Assembly (NCBI GenBank): GCA_018262095.1
Contig: JAGTRW010000012.1
Coordinates: forward strand, 82,436 to 146,435
DNA length: 64,000 nt
Source: Pseudomonadota bacterium
Lineage (GTDB): Bacteria > Pseudomonadota > Gammaproteobacteria > Burkholderiales > Rhodocyclaceae
Direction: 5' to 3'
Shown: in pieces, positions 42,061-52,038 of the stretch
Numbering within the stretch: the stretch's first letter is position 1
Layout of the letters: each line of letters starts with the position of its first letter
The notes under the pieces: generated by a model
Told to the model about the DNA's origin: nothing
Database searches by the model: none
The model's input: only the letters and a program-made list of their open reading frames with translations
Made by a program: the position numbers and the translations under genes

Positions 42061-42828
42061 ATGAACAGCCTTTCTGTACCATCCGCTCCACGCCTGCTGC
42101 CGCTCGGCGACACGGCGTGGACGCTTGAATTCGGCGACAAAATCGATCCAGCGCTGCATGCGCGCGTGCTCGGCCTGGCCGGAGCACTCGCCCTGGCGCG
42201 CGAGAGCGGTGACGCGCAGTTCGTCGCTGTCGTCGACGTCGTTCCGACCTTCAGGTCGCTGACCGTCCATTACAACCCGTTGCTGGCCGATGGCGAGCGT
42301 CTGGGCGAGGATCTGCTGCACCTTGCCGAGTCGGCCGGAAGCGCGAGCCAGGTCGGTCGTCAGTGGGTGATCCCGGTGTGTTTCGACGAAGAATTCGCGC
42401 CTGATCTCGACGATCTGGCAAAAGCCAAGGGGCTCTCGCGCGACGCGGTGATCGCGCTGATGACTGGAGCGAGCTTTCAAGTCTACATGATCGGGTTCAT
42501 GCCCGGATTCCCTTATATGGGTGGCCTGCCTGCCGAGCTTGAGGTGCCGCGGCTGGCCAGCCCGCGCAAGGCGGTGCCGGCGCGTTCGCTGGCGATCGCC
42601 GGGGCGATGTGCTCGGTCTATCCGTGGGAGAGTCCGGGCGGCTGGCGGCTGCTCGGCCGCACGCCGGTACCGATGTTTGCGGCGAGCGAAGTCGACTCGC
42701 CGTCGCTGCTCGCCTCGGGCGACCGTGTCCGTTGGCAATCGATCGACAAGTCGCGCTATCTCGAAATCGAAGCGGCGATCGGGGCGGGGCGCTTCGACCG
42801 CCAGAGCCTGTTGCCGGGAGTAGCGTGA
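42061..42828 (+). CDS. pxpB: 5-oxoprolinase subunit PxpB (KipI-like)
   Basis: VVPTFRSL, GFMPGFPY, YPWESPGGWRLLGRT. Confidence 0.9.
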   Translation: MNSLSVPSAPRLLPLGDTAWTLEFGDKIDPALHARVLGLAGALALARESGDAQFVAVVDVVPTFRSLTVHYNPLLADGERLGEDLLHLAESAGSASQVGRQWVIPVCFDEEFAPDLDDLAKAKGLSRDAVIALMTGASFQVYMIGFMPGFPYMGGLPAELEVPRLASPRKAVPARSLAIAGAMCSVYPWESPGGWRLLGRTPVPMFAASEVDSPSLLASGDRVRWQSIDKSRYLEIEAAIGAGRFDRQSLLPGVA

Positions 42829-43880
42829 TGAGTGGCCTGCTCGAAGTCATCGACGGCGGTATCGGCAACAGCATCCAGGACACCGGCCGTTTCGGTTATC
42901 GCCATATGGGGATCACCGTTTCCGGTGCGCTCGATTCGTGGCTGGCGCGCTGCGCCAACGCGCTGGTCGGCAACGCGCCGGACTGCGCAGTGATCGAGAT
43001 TCGTGCCGTCGGCCCGACGCTGCAAGTGACGCATGGACGAATTCGCGTCGCGCTGGCCGGCGAGCTGTCGGCAACGATCACGCGCGCCAGCGGACGTTCG
43101 CAGCAAGTCGCGCCGTGGGTCAGCGTCACGCTGTTTCCCAAGGACCGGCTCGAGGTCGCCTTCCTGACCGGCGGCACGGCTTACCTGGCGGTGAGCGGCG
43201 GCATCCGCTCGCCCTTGCAGCTCGGCAGTCGCTCGACCTACCAGCGCGCGGCAATCGGTGGCATCGACGGGCAGCCGCTGATGAGCGGCCAGTCGCTGCC
43301 GTGCGCCAGCCAGGATCACCGTCAATACCACGAATACCACTCGGACCCGTGGTCGTGCGCCGGCGGCGCAGCGTGCACGGTGCGCGTGATGCTCGGCCCG
43401 CAGCACGACTATTTCAAGCCGCAAGCAATCGATACCTTGCTCGGCTGCGAATATCAGGTCAGCGCGCAGCAGGATCGCATGGGAATGCGCCTTGACGGTC
43501 CGCCGCTCGCGCATCTGACGGTGCAGTCTGCCGACATCGTTTCCGACGGTGTGACGCCCGGTTGCATCCAGGTTCCGGGCAACGGCCAGCCGATCATCCT
43601 GCTCGCCGACTGTCAGACGGTCGGCGGCTACCCCAAGATCGCCACGGTGATCAGCGCCGACCTGCCGCTGCTGGCGCAAATGCACCCCGGGCAGACGCTG
43701 CGCTTTGCCGCCGTCGACGCCAGGCAGGCGAAGAGCGCATTGCTGGCGCGTGAGGCGCAGTGGGAGTCGTGGGTCGGCGACATGGCCTTTGGCGTGCACA
43801 ACGTCGCGGCGCTTTACAACGACCCGACCGCGGCCTGGGATTATGTTGATGACCAGTCAAATGAGGAGTGTGATCGATGA
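42828..43880 (+). CDS. pxpC: 5-oxoprolinase subunit PxpC (KipA-like)
   Basis: IQDTGRFGY, LGSRST, DRMGMRL, QVPGNGQPIILLADCQTVGGYPKI. Confidence 0.92.
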   Translation: MSGLLEVIDGGIGNSIQDTGRFGYRHMGITVSGALDSWLARCANALVGNAPDCAVIEIRAVGPTLQVTHGRIRVALAGELSATITRASGRSQQVAPWVSVTLFPKDRLEVAFLTGGTAYLAVSGGIRSPLQLGSRSTYQRAAIGGIDGQPLMSGQSLPCASQDHRQYHEYHSDPWSCAGGAACTVRVMLGPQHDYFKPQAIDTLLGCEYQVSAQQDRMGMRLDGPPLAHLTVQSADIVSDGVTPGCIQVPGNGQPIILLADCQTVGGYPKIATVISADLPLLAQMHPGQTLRFAAVDARQAKSALLAREAQWESWVGDMAFGVHNVAALYNDPTAAWDYVDDQSNEECDR

Positions 43881-44647
43881 GCCAACTGCTTAACCTGAAT
43901 TCCGACCTCGGCGAGAGCTTCGGCGCGTGGACTATGGGCGGCGACCAGGCGATGCTGAGCATCGTCAATTCGGCCAACGTCGCTTGCGGCTTCCACGCCG
44001 GCGATCCGTTGGTGATGATGGGTACCGTCGCTTTGGCCAAGGCCAACGGCGTCAGCCTCGGCGCGCATCCGGGCTTCCCCGATCTGCAGGGCTTTGGCCG
44101 GCGGCGAATGGATATCCCGCTGCCCGAACTCGAGGCGATGCTGATCTACCAGATCGGTGCGCTCGACGCCTGCGCGCGTGCGCAGGGTCTGCGCGTCACG
44201 CACGTCAAGCCGCACGGCGCGCTCTCCAATATCGCCTGCGCCGAGCGTAAGGTCGCCGACGCGGTGGCGCGCGCGGTGCATCGCCTCGACCCGATGCTGG
44301 TGCTGCTGGCGCCGGCGGCGTCGCAGCTGATCTACGCCGGCCGCGACCAGGGCCTGCCGGTCGTCGAGGAGATTTTTGCCGACCGCGCTTACCTTGACGA
44401 CGGCAACCTGGTGCCGCGCAGCCAGCCGGGGGCGATGGTCCACGGCGCGCAGCAGAGCCTCGAGCACGTCATGCGCATGGTCGAGGAAAGCGCACTGATT
44501 TCAATCACTGGCAAGCGCATCCCGGTCAATCCGCAGAGCATCTGCGTGCACGGCGACAACGCTGACGCGGTGGCGACCGCGCTGGCGATCAGGGAAGGGC
44601 TGCTCAAGGCGGGTTATTCGCTGGCCACCATTCCAGAGCTGGTATAG
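43877..44647 (+). CDS. pxpA: 5-oxoprolinase subunit PxpA (LamB/YcsF)
   Basis: LNSDLGESFG, NVACGFHAGDP, HVKPHGAL, SICVHGD. Confidence 0.94.
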   Translation: MSQLLNLNSDLGESFGAWTMGGDQAMLSIVNSANVACGFHAGDPLVMMGTVALAKANGVSLGAHPGFPDLQGFGRRRMDIPLPELEAMLIYQIGALDACARAQGLRVTHVKPHGALSNIACAERKVADAVARAVHRLDPMLVLLAPAASQLIYAGRDQGLPVVEEIFADRAYLDDGNLVPRSQPGAMVHGAQQSLEHVMRMVEESALISITGKRIPVNPQSICVHGDNADAVATALAIREGLLKAGYSLATIPELV

Positions 44648-44692
44648 CGGCACCGGGCAGCGCCGAGGCGCCGCCTGGCGAGTCGAATCGGC

Positions 44693-45136
44693 TCAACGAT
44701 AGACGAGCACCGGAATCTTCGAGTGCGTGAGCACCTTGCTCGTTTCGCTGCCGAGCAAGAGCGCGCTGATTCCGCGCCGTCCGTGCGAGGCCATGAAAAT
44801 CAGGTCGCATTTGCTTTGCGTTGCTGCCGCGATGATCGCTTCATAGGGGATGTCGCTGGTCGATTCGAGTTTGGTGCAGCTGACGCCGGCTTGTTGACAG
44901 AGATTCTCGACAAAGCTGAGAATCTCCTGCGCCTGCTTTTCGACCAGCTCGTTGTATTTCGTCGGCATTTCGAAGTTGTAGCCGATCCCCTCGCCGTAGT
45001 ACGGTATCGGCGGCGACGGCTTGGCGTAGAAGGCGGTAATTTGTGCCCCGGTTTCCTTGGCGAAGCTCACTGCCTGGCGAACGGCGTCCTGCGAAAATTG
45101 CGAACCATCGGTTGGGACAAGAATGTGCTTGAACAT
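44693..45136 (-). CDS. Universal stress protein (UspA family)
   Basis: MFKHILVPTDGS, LIFMASHGRRG, LGSETSKVL. Confidence 0.93.
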   Translation of the reverse strand: MFKHILVPTDGSQFSQDAVRQAVSFAKETGAQITAFYAKPSPPIPYYGEGIGYNFEMPTKYNELVEKQAQEILSFVENLCQQAGVSCTKLESTSDIPYEAIIAAATQSKCDLIFMASHGRRGISALLLGSETSKVLTHSKIPVLVYR

Positions 45137-45237
45137 GATGACTCCTTTATTATCGAATCGTCTTGACGCGCCATCTCGGTCAATGGGTGCGAATCGGGCC
45201 TGAGCCGGCCTGGGCTGATATCGCCTGACTGTCTTCC

Positions 45238-45253
45238 TGGCACGCTGATCGCA
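45238..45253 (+). promoter_or_regulatory. Candidate sigma-54 -24/-12 promoter
   Basis: TGGCAC-GCTGA-TCGCA with exact GG-N10-GC spacing, ~290 bp upstream of the DGC/PDE gene. Confidence 0.45.
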
Positions 45254-45544
45254 GCAGGTCGATGGAATCAGTGTCAATTCTTCGCCGGCGGTTTGGAATA
45301 CTTCGATCGCGGTAATCGGGCTACTGATTTTTATGTATCCCCTGTGTCTGCCGCAACGGGGCGACTGAGGCCTGAACATAAGCCCACATTGAGCGTTACT
45401 AATCATTCCGGATGCGATATAGTCGTCCATGGTTGGCTTGGTGTCCGCCAGGCAAGGCGCGGGGCAGTCAATTCATCACAACGGGAAGTGAAAGCGCAAC
45501 TTCATCTTGCCGACAAGAAAATGCCATCAAGGGCGGAAATCTGC

Positions 45545-48500
45545 ATGAGTCGGACTGCTTTTCGGGGGCGATCGCTCAAGACGAAGATCACCCTGGCCAC
45601 GCTTGCCATCTTTCTGTTGAGCCTTTGGGCACTTTCGTCGTACATCAGCCAGATGTTGCGCAAGGACATGGAACGCTTGCTCGGCGAAGAGCAGTTTTCG
45701 ACCGTCTCCTTGATCGCCACCCAGCTTAACCGCGAACTCGCGAACCGCATGGCGGCGCTGCAACAAGCGGCCCCGCCGTTCGGCGCGGCGATCGAGGTCG
45801 GATCGGCGGTGACGCAGACGATGATCGAGCAACGTCCGGCGCTGCATGCGCTGTTCAACGGCGGGGTCTATGTCGCCGGCGTCGACGGTACGGCGATCGC
45901 CGATTTTCCCTTGCCCGTCCAGCGCGTCGGCGTCAATTACAGCGACCGCGATTACATTGCGACGCCATTGAAGACCGGCGCCACGGTGATCGGCCGGCCG
46001 GTGATCGGCAAGCGGGCCGGGGCGCCGGTTTTTGTCATGTCGGCGCCGATTCGCGACGCGCAGGGCGCGGTGATCGGCGTGCTGGCCGGAGTGACCAGTC
46101 TCGATGCGCCCAATTTTCTCGACGAAATCACCGAAGGCCGCTACGGCGAAACCGGCGGCTACCTGCTGGTCGATGCAGGGCACCGGCTGGTGATCACCGC
46201 CTCGGACAAGAGCCGGGTGATGGAGTCGCTACCGCCGCCTGGCGTCAGCCCCGCGATCGACCGCTTCATCAATGGCTTCGAAAGCTCGACCGTCGTCGTC
46301 AATCCACAGGGCGTCGAGGTGCTCGTCTCGGCCAAGGGGATTCCAGTGGCGGGTTGGTATCTGGCGGCGTCGCTACCGACCGCCGAGGCGTTTTCGCCGA
46401 TTTGGCAGATGCAGCAGCGCATGCTGTGGGTGACGCTGGTGCTTACTGTGCTCGCTGGTGCGCTGACCTGGTGGATCGTTAGGCGCCAGCTCTCGCCCTT
46501 GCTCTCGACCGCCAAGACGCTGGCGGCACTGTCCGATTCAGGCCAGGCGCCACCCCCCTTGGCGGTCACCAGCGACGATGAAATCGGCGAGTTGATCGGC
46601 GGCTTCAACCGCCTGCTCGAGACATTGGGGGCCCGCGAGCTTGCCTTGCGCGACAGCGAGGAGCGCTTCAAGGCGTTGCACGACGCGTCGTCGAGCGGCA
46701 TCATGATCCATGAGAACGGCGTCATTCTCGACTGCAATCAGGGCCTCGCCGAAATGACCGGCTATGCCGTAGACGAGCTGGTCGGCATGGACGGGCTGCA
46801 ACTCGCGGCACCCGAGTGGCGCGAGCAGGTCGTCAGCTATGTTCGATCCGGCCTCGACGAGCATTATGATGCCGCCGGCCAGCGCAAAAATGGTACGCGC
46901 TATCAGCTCAGCGTGCGCGGTTGCAATATTCCCTACAAGGGGCGGACGGTTCGCGCCACGGAATTCATCGACATCACCGAGCGCAAACAGGCCGAAGACC
47001 AGCTTCAGCTCGCCGCCAGCGTGTTCACCCACGCCCGCGAAGGCATCCTGATCACCGACACGGCAGGTAGCATCATCGACGTCAACGAGTCATTTTCGCG
47101 AATCACCGGTTATTCGCGCGACGAGGTGCTCGGCAAGAACCCTCGCCTGCTGAGCTCGGGTCGTCAGGAAAAATCGTTTTACGCCGAGCTGTGGCGCGAC
47201 CTCTCCGACAAAGGCCATTGGTACGGCGAACTCTGGAACCGGCGCAAGAACGGCGAGCTGTTCGCCTCGATGCAAACGATCAGCGAAGTTCGCGACGTGC
47301 AGGGAAAGCCTCAGCAGTATGTCGCGCTGTTCTCCGATATCACCGCCGCCAAGACGCATCAGAAGCAGCTCGAACGCATCGCGCACTACGACGGGCTGAC
47401 CATGCTGCCCAACCGCGTGCTGCTTGGCGATCGGCTGCACCATGCGATGGCGCAGGTGCCGCGACGCAAAAACTCGCTGGCCGTAGCCTACCTCGACCTC
47501 GACAGCTTCAAGTCGGTCAACGACCAGTACGGGCACGAAACCGGCGACCAACTGCTGATCGCCATGGCGCGCCACATGAAGCAGGCGCTGCGCGAAGGCG
47601 ATACCCTGGGGCGCCTGGGCGGCGACGAGTTCGTCGCCGTCCTGCCCGACCTCGACGAGGTCGCCGACAGCCTGCCGATCATCGCCCGTCTGCTCGTCGC
47701 TGCGGCGCAGCCGGTCGCCGTCGGCGATCTCTCGCTGCAGGTCTCGGCGAGTATCGGCCTGACCTTCTATCCGCAAGCCGAAGAGATCGATGCCGATCAG
47801 CTGCTGCGCCAGGCCGATCAGGCGATGTATCAGGCCAAGCAGGCGGGAAAGAGCCGCTACCATGTTTTCGACGCCGAACAGGATCGCAACGTTCGTGGCC
47901 ATCACGAGAGCCTCGAGCACATCCGCCACGCGCTCGGCGAACGCGAATTCGTCCTCTATTACCAGCCCAAGGTCAATATGCGAACGGGGACGGTGATCGG
48001 CGCCGAGGCGCTGATTCGCTGGCAGCACCCCGAGCGCGGCCTGTTGCCACCGGCGGTGTTCCTGCCGGTGATCGAGGATCATGCGCTGGCGATCGACGTC
48101 GGCGAATGGGTGATCGATAGCGCGCTGACGCAAATGGAGCGCTGGCGTGATGGCGGACTGGCGATTCCGGTGAGCGTCAATGTCGGCGCGCGTCAGCTGC
48201 AGCAGCCGGGGTTTGCGCAGCGCCTCGCCGAGTTGCTCGCCGACCATCCCAGTATTCGGCCCAGCGACCTCGAACTCGAGGTGCTCGAAACCAGTGCGCT
48301 CGAAGATCTCAGCCGCGTCGCGCAGATCATCGAGGAGTGCACCGCGCTCGGCGTTCGCTTCTCGCTCGACGACTTCGGTACCGGTTACTCGTCGCTGACT
48401 TACCTCAAACGCTTGTCGGTGAGCCAGATCAAGATCGACAAGAGTTTCGTTCGCGATATGCGCGACGATCCCGACGACCTGGCGATTTTGCAGGGGATCC

Positions 48501-49042
48501 TCGGCATGGCGATCGCCTTTCGCCGCGAGGTGATTGCCGAGGGCGTCGAGACCGTCGAACACGGCACCATGCTGTTGCAACTGGGTTGCGAGCGCGCTCA
48601 GGGCTACGGCATCGCACACCCGATGTTGGCCGCCGACTTCCCCGCCTGGGCCGCCGCCTGGCGTCCCAACGAGGCCTGGCGCAATCTTCGTCCGCTCGGT
48701 CGCGACGACTTGCCGCTGCTCTTTGCCAGCGTCGAGCACCGCGCCTGGGTCAGCGCGATCGAAGCGCATTTTGGCGACGAGCAGAGTGCGCCACCAACGC
48801 TGGATGTCAGCGCTTGCCGTTTTGGTTCCTGGCTGGAGAGCGAAGGTCTGGCGCGCTATGGTGTGCATCCGGGCTTTGCGGCGACCGTCGCGCTGCACGC
48901 TCGAGTGCATGCCGTGGCGCTTGAGCTATGCGCCTGGCGTCGCCGTGGACGAGGTGCTGAGGCGCTGGCGCGGCTTGCCGATCTTCATGAGGCGCGTGAC
49001 GCCCTGCTTGAGCAGGTCAAGGCGCTGGCGCAGCAAAGTTGA
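45545..49042 (+). CDS. Diguanylate cyclase/phosphodiesterase (Cache, HAMP, 2 PAS, GGDEF, EAL, C-terminal CZB)
   Basis: RLGGDEF; EALIRW, LDDFGTGYSS; CZB ligands EHRAW, CRFGSW, HARVH. Confidence 0.92.
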   Translation: MSRTAFRGRSLKTKITLATLAIFLLSLWALSSYISQMLRKDMERLLGEEQFSTVSLIATQLNRELANRMAALQQAAPPFGAAIEVGSAVTQTMIEQRPALHALFNGGVYVAGVDGTAIADFPLPVQRVGVNYSDRDYIATPLKTGATVIGRPVIGKRAGAPVFVMSAPIRDAQGAVIGVLAGVTSLDAPNFLDEITEGRYGETGGYLLVDAGHRLVITASDKSRVMESLPPPGVSPAIDRFINGFESSTVVVNPQGVEVLVSAKGIPVAGWYLAASLPTAEAFSPIWQMQQRMLWVTLVLTVLAGALTWWIVRRQLSPLLSTAKTLAALSDSGQAPPPLAVTSDDEIGELIGGFNRLLETLGARELALRDSEERFKALHDASSSGIMIHENGVILDCNQGLAEMTGYAVDELVGMDGLQLAAPEWREQVVSYVRSGLDEHYDAAGQRKNGTRYQLSVRGCNIPYKGRTVRATEFIDITERKQAEDQLQLAASVFTHAREGILITDTAGSIIDVNESFSRITGYSRDEVLGKNPRLLSSGRQEKSFYAELWRDLSDKGHWYGELWNRRKNGELFASMQTISEVRDVQGKPQQYVALFSDITAAKTHQKQLERIAHYDGLTMLPNRVLLGDRLHHAMAQVPRRKNSLAVAYLDLDSFKSVNDQYGHETGDQLLIAMARHMKQALREGDTLGRLGGDEFVAVLPDLDEVADSLPIIARLLVAAAQPVAVGDLSLQVSASIGLTFYPQAEEIDADQLLRQADQAMYQAKQAGKSRYHVFDAEQDRNVRGHHESLEHIRHALGEREFVLYYQPKVNMRTGTVIGAEALIRWQHPERGLLPPAVFLPVIEDHALAIDVGEWVIDSALTQMERWRDGGLAIPVSVNVGARQLQQPGFAQRLAELLADHPSIRPSDLELEVLETSALEDLSRVAQIIEECTALGVRFSLDDFGTGYSSLTYLKRLSVSQIKIDKSFVRDMRDDPDDLAILQGILGMAIAFRREVIAEGVETVEHGTMLLQLGCERAQGYGIAHPMLAADFPAWAAAWRPNEAWRNLRPLGRDDLPLLFASVEHRAWVSAIEAHFGDEQSAPPTLDVSACRFGSWLESEGLARYGVHPGFAATVALHARVHAVALELCAWRRRGRGAEALARLADLHEARDALLEQVKALAQQS

Positions 49043-49157
49043 GCTGCGCCGAGCGTTAGCCAAGCAAAACGCTGCTGCGCCGTGGTCGACCGGCAGCGGC
49101 CGGGTCAGGGCATAATCCGGAACCGGATCAATAGCCATCTGAAAGGTTTTCAAGACA

Positions 49158-49514
49158 ATGCTCTCGGCGCTTACCTTGCTGTTGCTGTTGCAACTGATCG
49201 GCGAAGTCTTCGTGCAGTGCTTTGCGCTGCCGGTCCCCGGACCGGTGATCGGGCTGCTGCTGTTATTGGGCCTGCTGCTCTGGCGCGGCCGGCTCGACGA
49301 CCACCTGCGCCATACCGCCAACACCTTGCTGCAGCACCTCTCGCTCTTTTTCGTACCGGCCGGCGTCGGCGTCATGGTGCATGCCGCGCGCGTTGCCGAT
49401 GAATGGCTGGCGTTGTCAGCGGCGCTCGTCGGCAGCACGCTGCTGTCGATGGCGGCGACCGCTTTTACGCTGCAGTTCCTGTTGCGCCATCGCCGTCGTG
49501 AGGAGGCGCAATGA
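49158..49514 (+). CDS. CidA/LrgA family holin-like protein
   Basis: LPVPGPVIG, LFFVPAGVG. Confidence 0.9.
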   Translation: MLSALTLLLLLQLIGEVFVQCFALPVPGPVIGLLLLLGLLLWRGRLDDHLRHTANTLLQHLSLFFVPAGVGVMVHAARVADEWLALSAALVGSTLLSMAATAFTLQFLLRHRRREEAQ

Positions 49515-50242
49515 GCGATCTCGCGCCCAGGCTCAGCGAACTGTGGGTCTATCTGGCGGCGACGCCGCTGCTTGGCCTGACGCTGACGCTGGTCGCCTAT
49601 CAGTTGGCTTTTACCATTTACCAGCGCAGTGGCTGCAAGCCGGCGGTCAACCCGGTGGCGATCGCCGTCGCCTTGATCGTCGCCGTGCTGATGGCGACCG
49701 GAACGCCGTATTCGACCTACTTCGAGGGCGCACAGTTCGTGCACTTCCTGCTCGGCCCGGCGACCGTCGCGCTGGCCATCCCGCTCTACAGCCAGCTCGC
49801 GCGCTTGCGGCGCATGGCGTTGCCGCTGATGGTCGCGCTCGTCGTCGGCTCGCTCACCGCCTGCGTCTCGGCGATCGCCATCGGCTGGGCGCTCGGCGCG
49901 TCCTTCGAGTCGGTACGTTCACTGGCGCCCAAGTCGATCACCACGCCGATCGCCATGGGCGTCGCCGAAAAGATCGGCGGGCTGCCGTCATTGACCGCCG
50001 TGCTGGTGGTGACCACCGGGATATTCGGCGCCATCGCCGCGTCGACGCTGTTCAACGTGCTGCGCATCAAGGACCCGGCGGTGCGCGGCTTCGCCCTGGG
50101 TACCGCGGCGCACGGCATCGGTACGGCGCGCGCCTTTCAGGTCAGCGAGGAAACCGGCGCCTTCTCGGCGCTGGCGATGTGCCTCAACGGCATTCTCACC
50201 GCGTTGTTTTTGCCGCTCTTGTTTCGCACCTTCGGTGCTTGA
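49511..50242 (+). CDS. LrgB family protein
   Basis: LGPATVALAIPLY, PKSITTPIA, AHGIGTA. Confidence 0.92.
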   Translation: MSDLAPRLSELWVYLAATPLLGLTLTLVAYQLAFTIYQRSGCKPAVNPVAIAVALIVAVLMATGTPYSTYFEGAQFVHFLLGPATVALAIPLYSQLARLRRMALPLMVALVVGSLTACVSAIAIGWALGASFESVRSLAPKSITTPIAMGVAEKIGGLPSLTAVLVVTTGIFGAIAASTLFNVLRIKDPAVRGFALGTAAHGIGTARAFQVSEETGAFSALAMCLNGILTALFLPLLFRTFGA

Positions 50243-50290
50243 TCGACCGCTGGTCTTGCGCTTCAAACCAGTCAGGAAAGCGAGTTTCGC

Positions 50291-52015
50291 ATGGACGCCG
50301 AGGCCCCGAGCTGGAAGGAAAAACTGAGTCGCTTCGCGCCGGGCTTACCGGCCTTGCTCGCTTACCGGCGCGAGAATTTCGGCGCCGATCTGCTGGCCGG
50401 CCTGTCGGTCGCCGCGGTCGCGCTGCCGGTCGGCATCGCCTACGCGCAGCTCGCCGGCTTCAGCCCGGTCTCGGGGATTTACGCGAGCATCCTGCCGCTT
50501 GTCGCCTACGCGATCTTCGGCACCTCGCGCCAGCTGATCGTCGGTCCCGATTCGGCGACCTGCGCGCTGATCGCCGCTGCGCTCGTTCCGCTGGCGGCCG
50601 GTGACGGCAGCCTGTACCTGTCGCTGTCGCTGACGCTCACTTTTCTGACCGGGCTCTTCTGCATCGGCGCCAGCTTTCTCAAACTCGGCGCGCTCGCCGA
50701 TTTCCTCTCCAAGCCGATCCTGGTCGGTTTTCTCAACGGCGTCGCGCTCTCGATCTTCATCGGCCAATCAGGGAAATTGTTCGGCTTTGCCCTTGAGCAG
50801 CACGGCATTTTGCCGCGCCTCAATGAATTCCTGAGCAAGCTCGAGCATTTCCATTGGCCGACGCTGGGCCTTTCCGCGCTGTCGTTCGCCGTGCTGCTGT
50901 TCGGCCCGCGCTATCTGCGCCGGCTGCCGGCGGCGCTGCTGGCGATGATGTTGACCGGGATCGTCAGCGCGTTGTTCGACCTCGAAGCGCTCGGTGTGGC
51001 GACCGTCGGCAAGGTGCCGGCCGGATTGCCGGCGCTGCACATTCCGCGTTTACCGCTGGAGATGATGCCGGCGCTGCTGGCCGACGCCGCGGGCCTGGCG
51101 CTGGTGAGCTTTTCGAGCATGATGCTGACCGCCCGAAGCTTCGCCGAGAAGAACGGCTACGAGATCGACGCCGACCGCGAGTTTTCGGCGCTCGGTGCGG
51201 CCAATATCGCCTCGGCGCTGTCGCAGGGATTCGCCATCAGCGGCGCCGACTCGCGCACCGCCATGGCCGACTATGCCGGCGGCAAGACGCAGGTCGCCGG
51301 GCTCGTCGCCGCGGCGAGCTTCGCGCTGGTGCTGCTCTTTTTCACGGCGCCTCTGGCCTACGTTCCAGTCGCTTCGCTCGGCGCGGTGCTGATGGTCGGC
51401 GCCTGGTCCTTGGTCAATATCGCGACGCTCAAGGCGCTGTGGCGTTTTTCGCGCACCGAGTTCGCGCTGTCGATGCTGGCGACGCTCGGCGTCGTCGCCG
51501 TCGGCGCGGTCCAGGCCATTCTGGTGGTCGTCGTTCTGGCGCTGCTGCGCTTCGTCCAGGAGGCTTCGCGACCGAACGTCGAGATCCTCGGCGAGGTGCC
51601 GGGAATGGCCGGAATCCATCCGCTGCGCATGCACCAAAACGCGACGACGATTCCCGGCCTGATGCTGTTTCGCTTCAACGCGCCGATCGTTTTCTTCAAT
51701 GCGCCTTATTTTCGGCGCCAGGTGCTCGCCGCGGTCAATCGTGCCGGGCCCGAGCTCACGTGCCTGGTTCTCGACATGTTGCCGATCACCATGATCGACG
51801 CCACCGGCTACTATGTGCTGCGCGACGTCGAAGCGGCGCTCACGGCGCGCGGCATCACCTTGGCGGTCGCCGGACGGCAGACCGAGATCGAGGTGTCGGC
51901 CAGGCAGCGCGGCCTCGACGCCTCCGAAGCGCTGTCGCGCATCCGGCGCTTTGCGACGCTGCGTCAGGCGGTGCATGCCCACACGCTTGAGCAGGCGGCT
52001 TCCGCCGCCGGTTGA
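50291..52015 (+). CDS. SulP family anion transporter with STAS domain
   Basis: ALPVGIAYA, GTSRQLIVGPD, SRT motif, FFNAPYF STAS. Confidence 0.92.
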   Translation: MDAEAPSWKEKLSRFAPGLPALLAYRRENFGADLLAGLSVAAVALPVGIAYAQLAGFSPVSGIYASILPLVAYAIFGTSRQLIVGPDSATCALIAAALVPLAAGDGSLYLSLSLTLTFLTGLFCIGASFLKLGALADFLSKPILVGFLNGVALSIFIGQSGKLFGFALEQHGILPRLNEFLSKLEHFHWPTLGLSALSFAVLLFGPRYLRRLPAALLAMMLTGIVSALFDLEALGVATVGKVPAGLPALHIPRLPLEMMPALLADAAGLALVSFSSMMLTARSFAEKNGYEIDADREFSALGAANIASALSQGFAISGADSRTAMADYAGGKTQVAGLVAAASFALVLLFFTAPLAYVPVASLGAVLMVGAWSLVNIATLKALWRFSRTEFALSMLATLGVVAVGAVQAILVVVVLALLRFVQEASRPNVEILGEVPGMAGIHPLRMHQNATTIPGLMLFRFNAPIVFFNAPYFRRQVLAAVNRAGPELTCLVLDMLPITMIDATGYYVLRDVEAALTARGITLAVAGRQTEIEVSARQRGLDASEALSRIRRFATLRQAVHAHTLEQAASAAG

Positions 52016-52038
52016 TCGGCGCTTGGCGTGCGCGGCGA

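Noticed and set aside
45150-45185. TTGAC-N11-GTCAA inverted repeat upstream of uspA as an FNR box
   Set aside because: FNR needs TTGAT-N4-ATCAA; the spacing does not fit.
45293-45544. N-terminal extensions from the ORF track (also 9891, 25345, 27063, 37261, 37791, 42609, 53095, 54197, 61555)
   Set aside because: They are read-through from upstream DNA; family-typical N-termini and RBSs mark the later starts.
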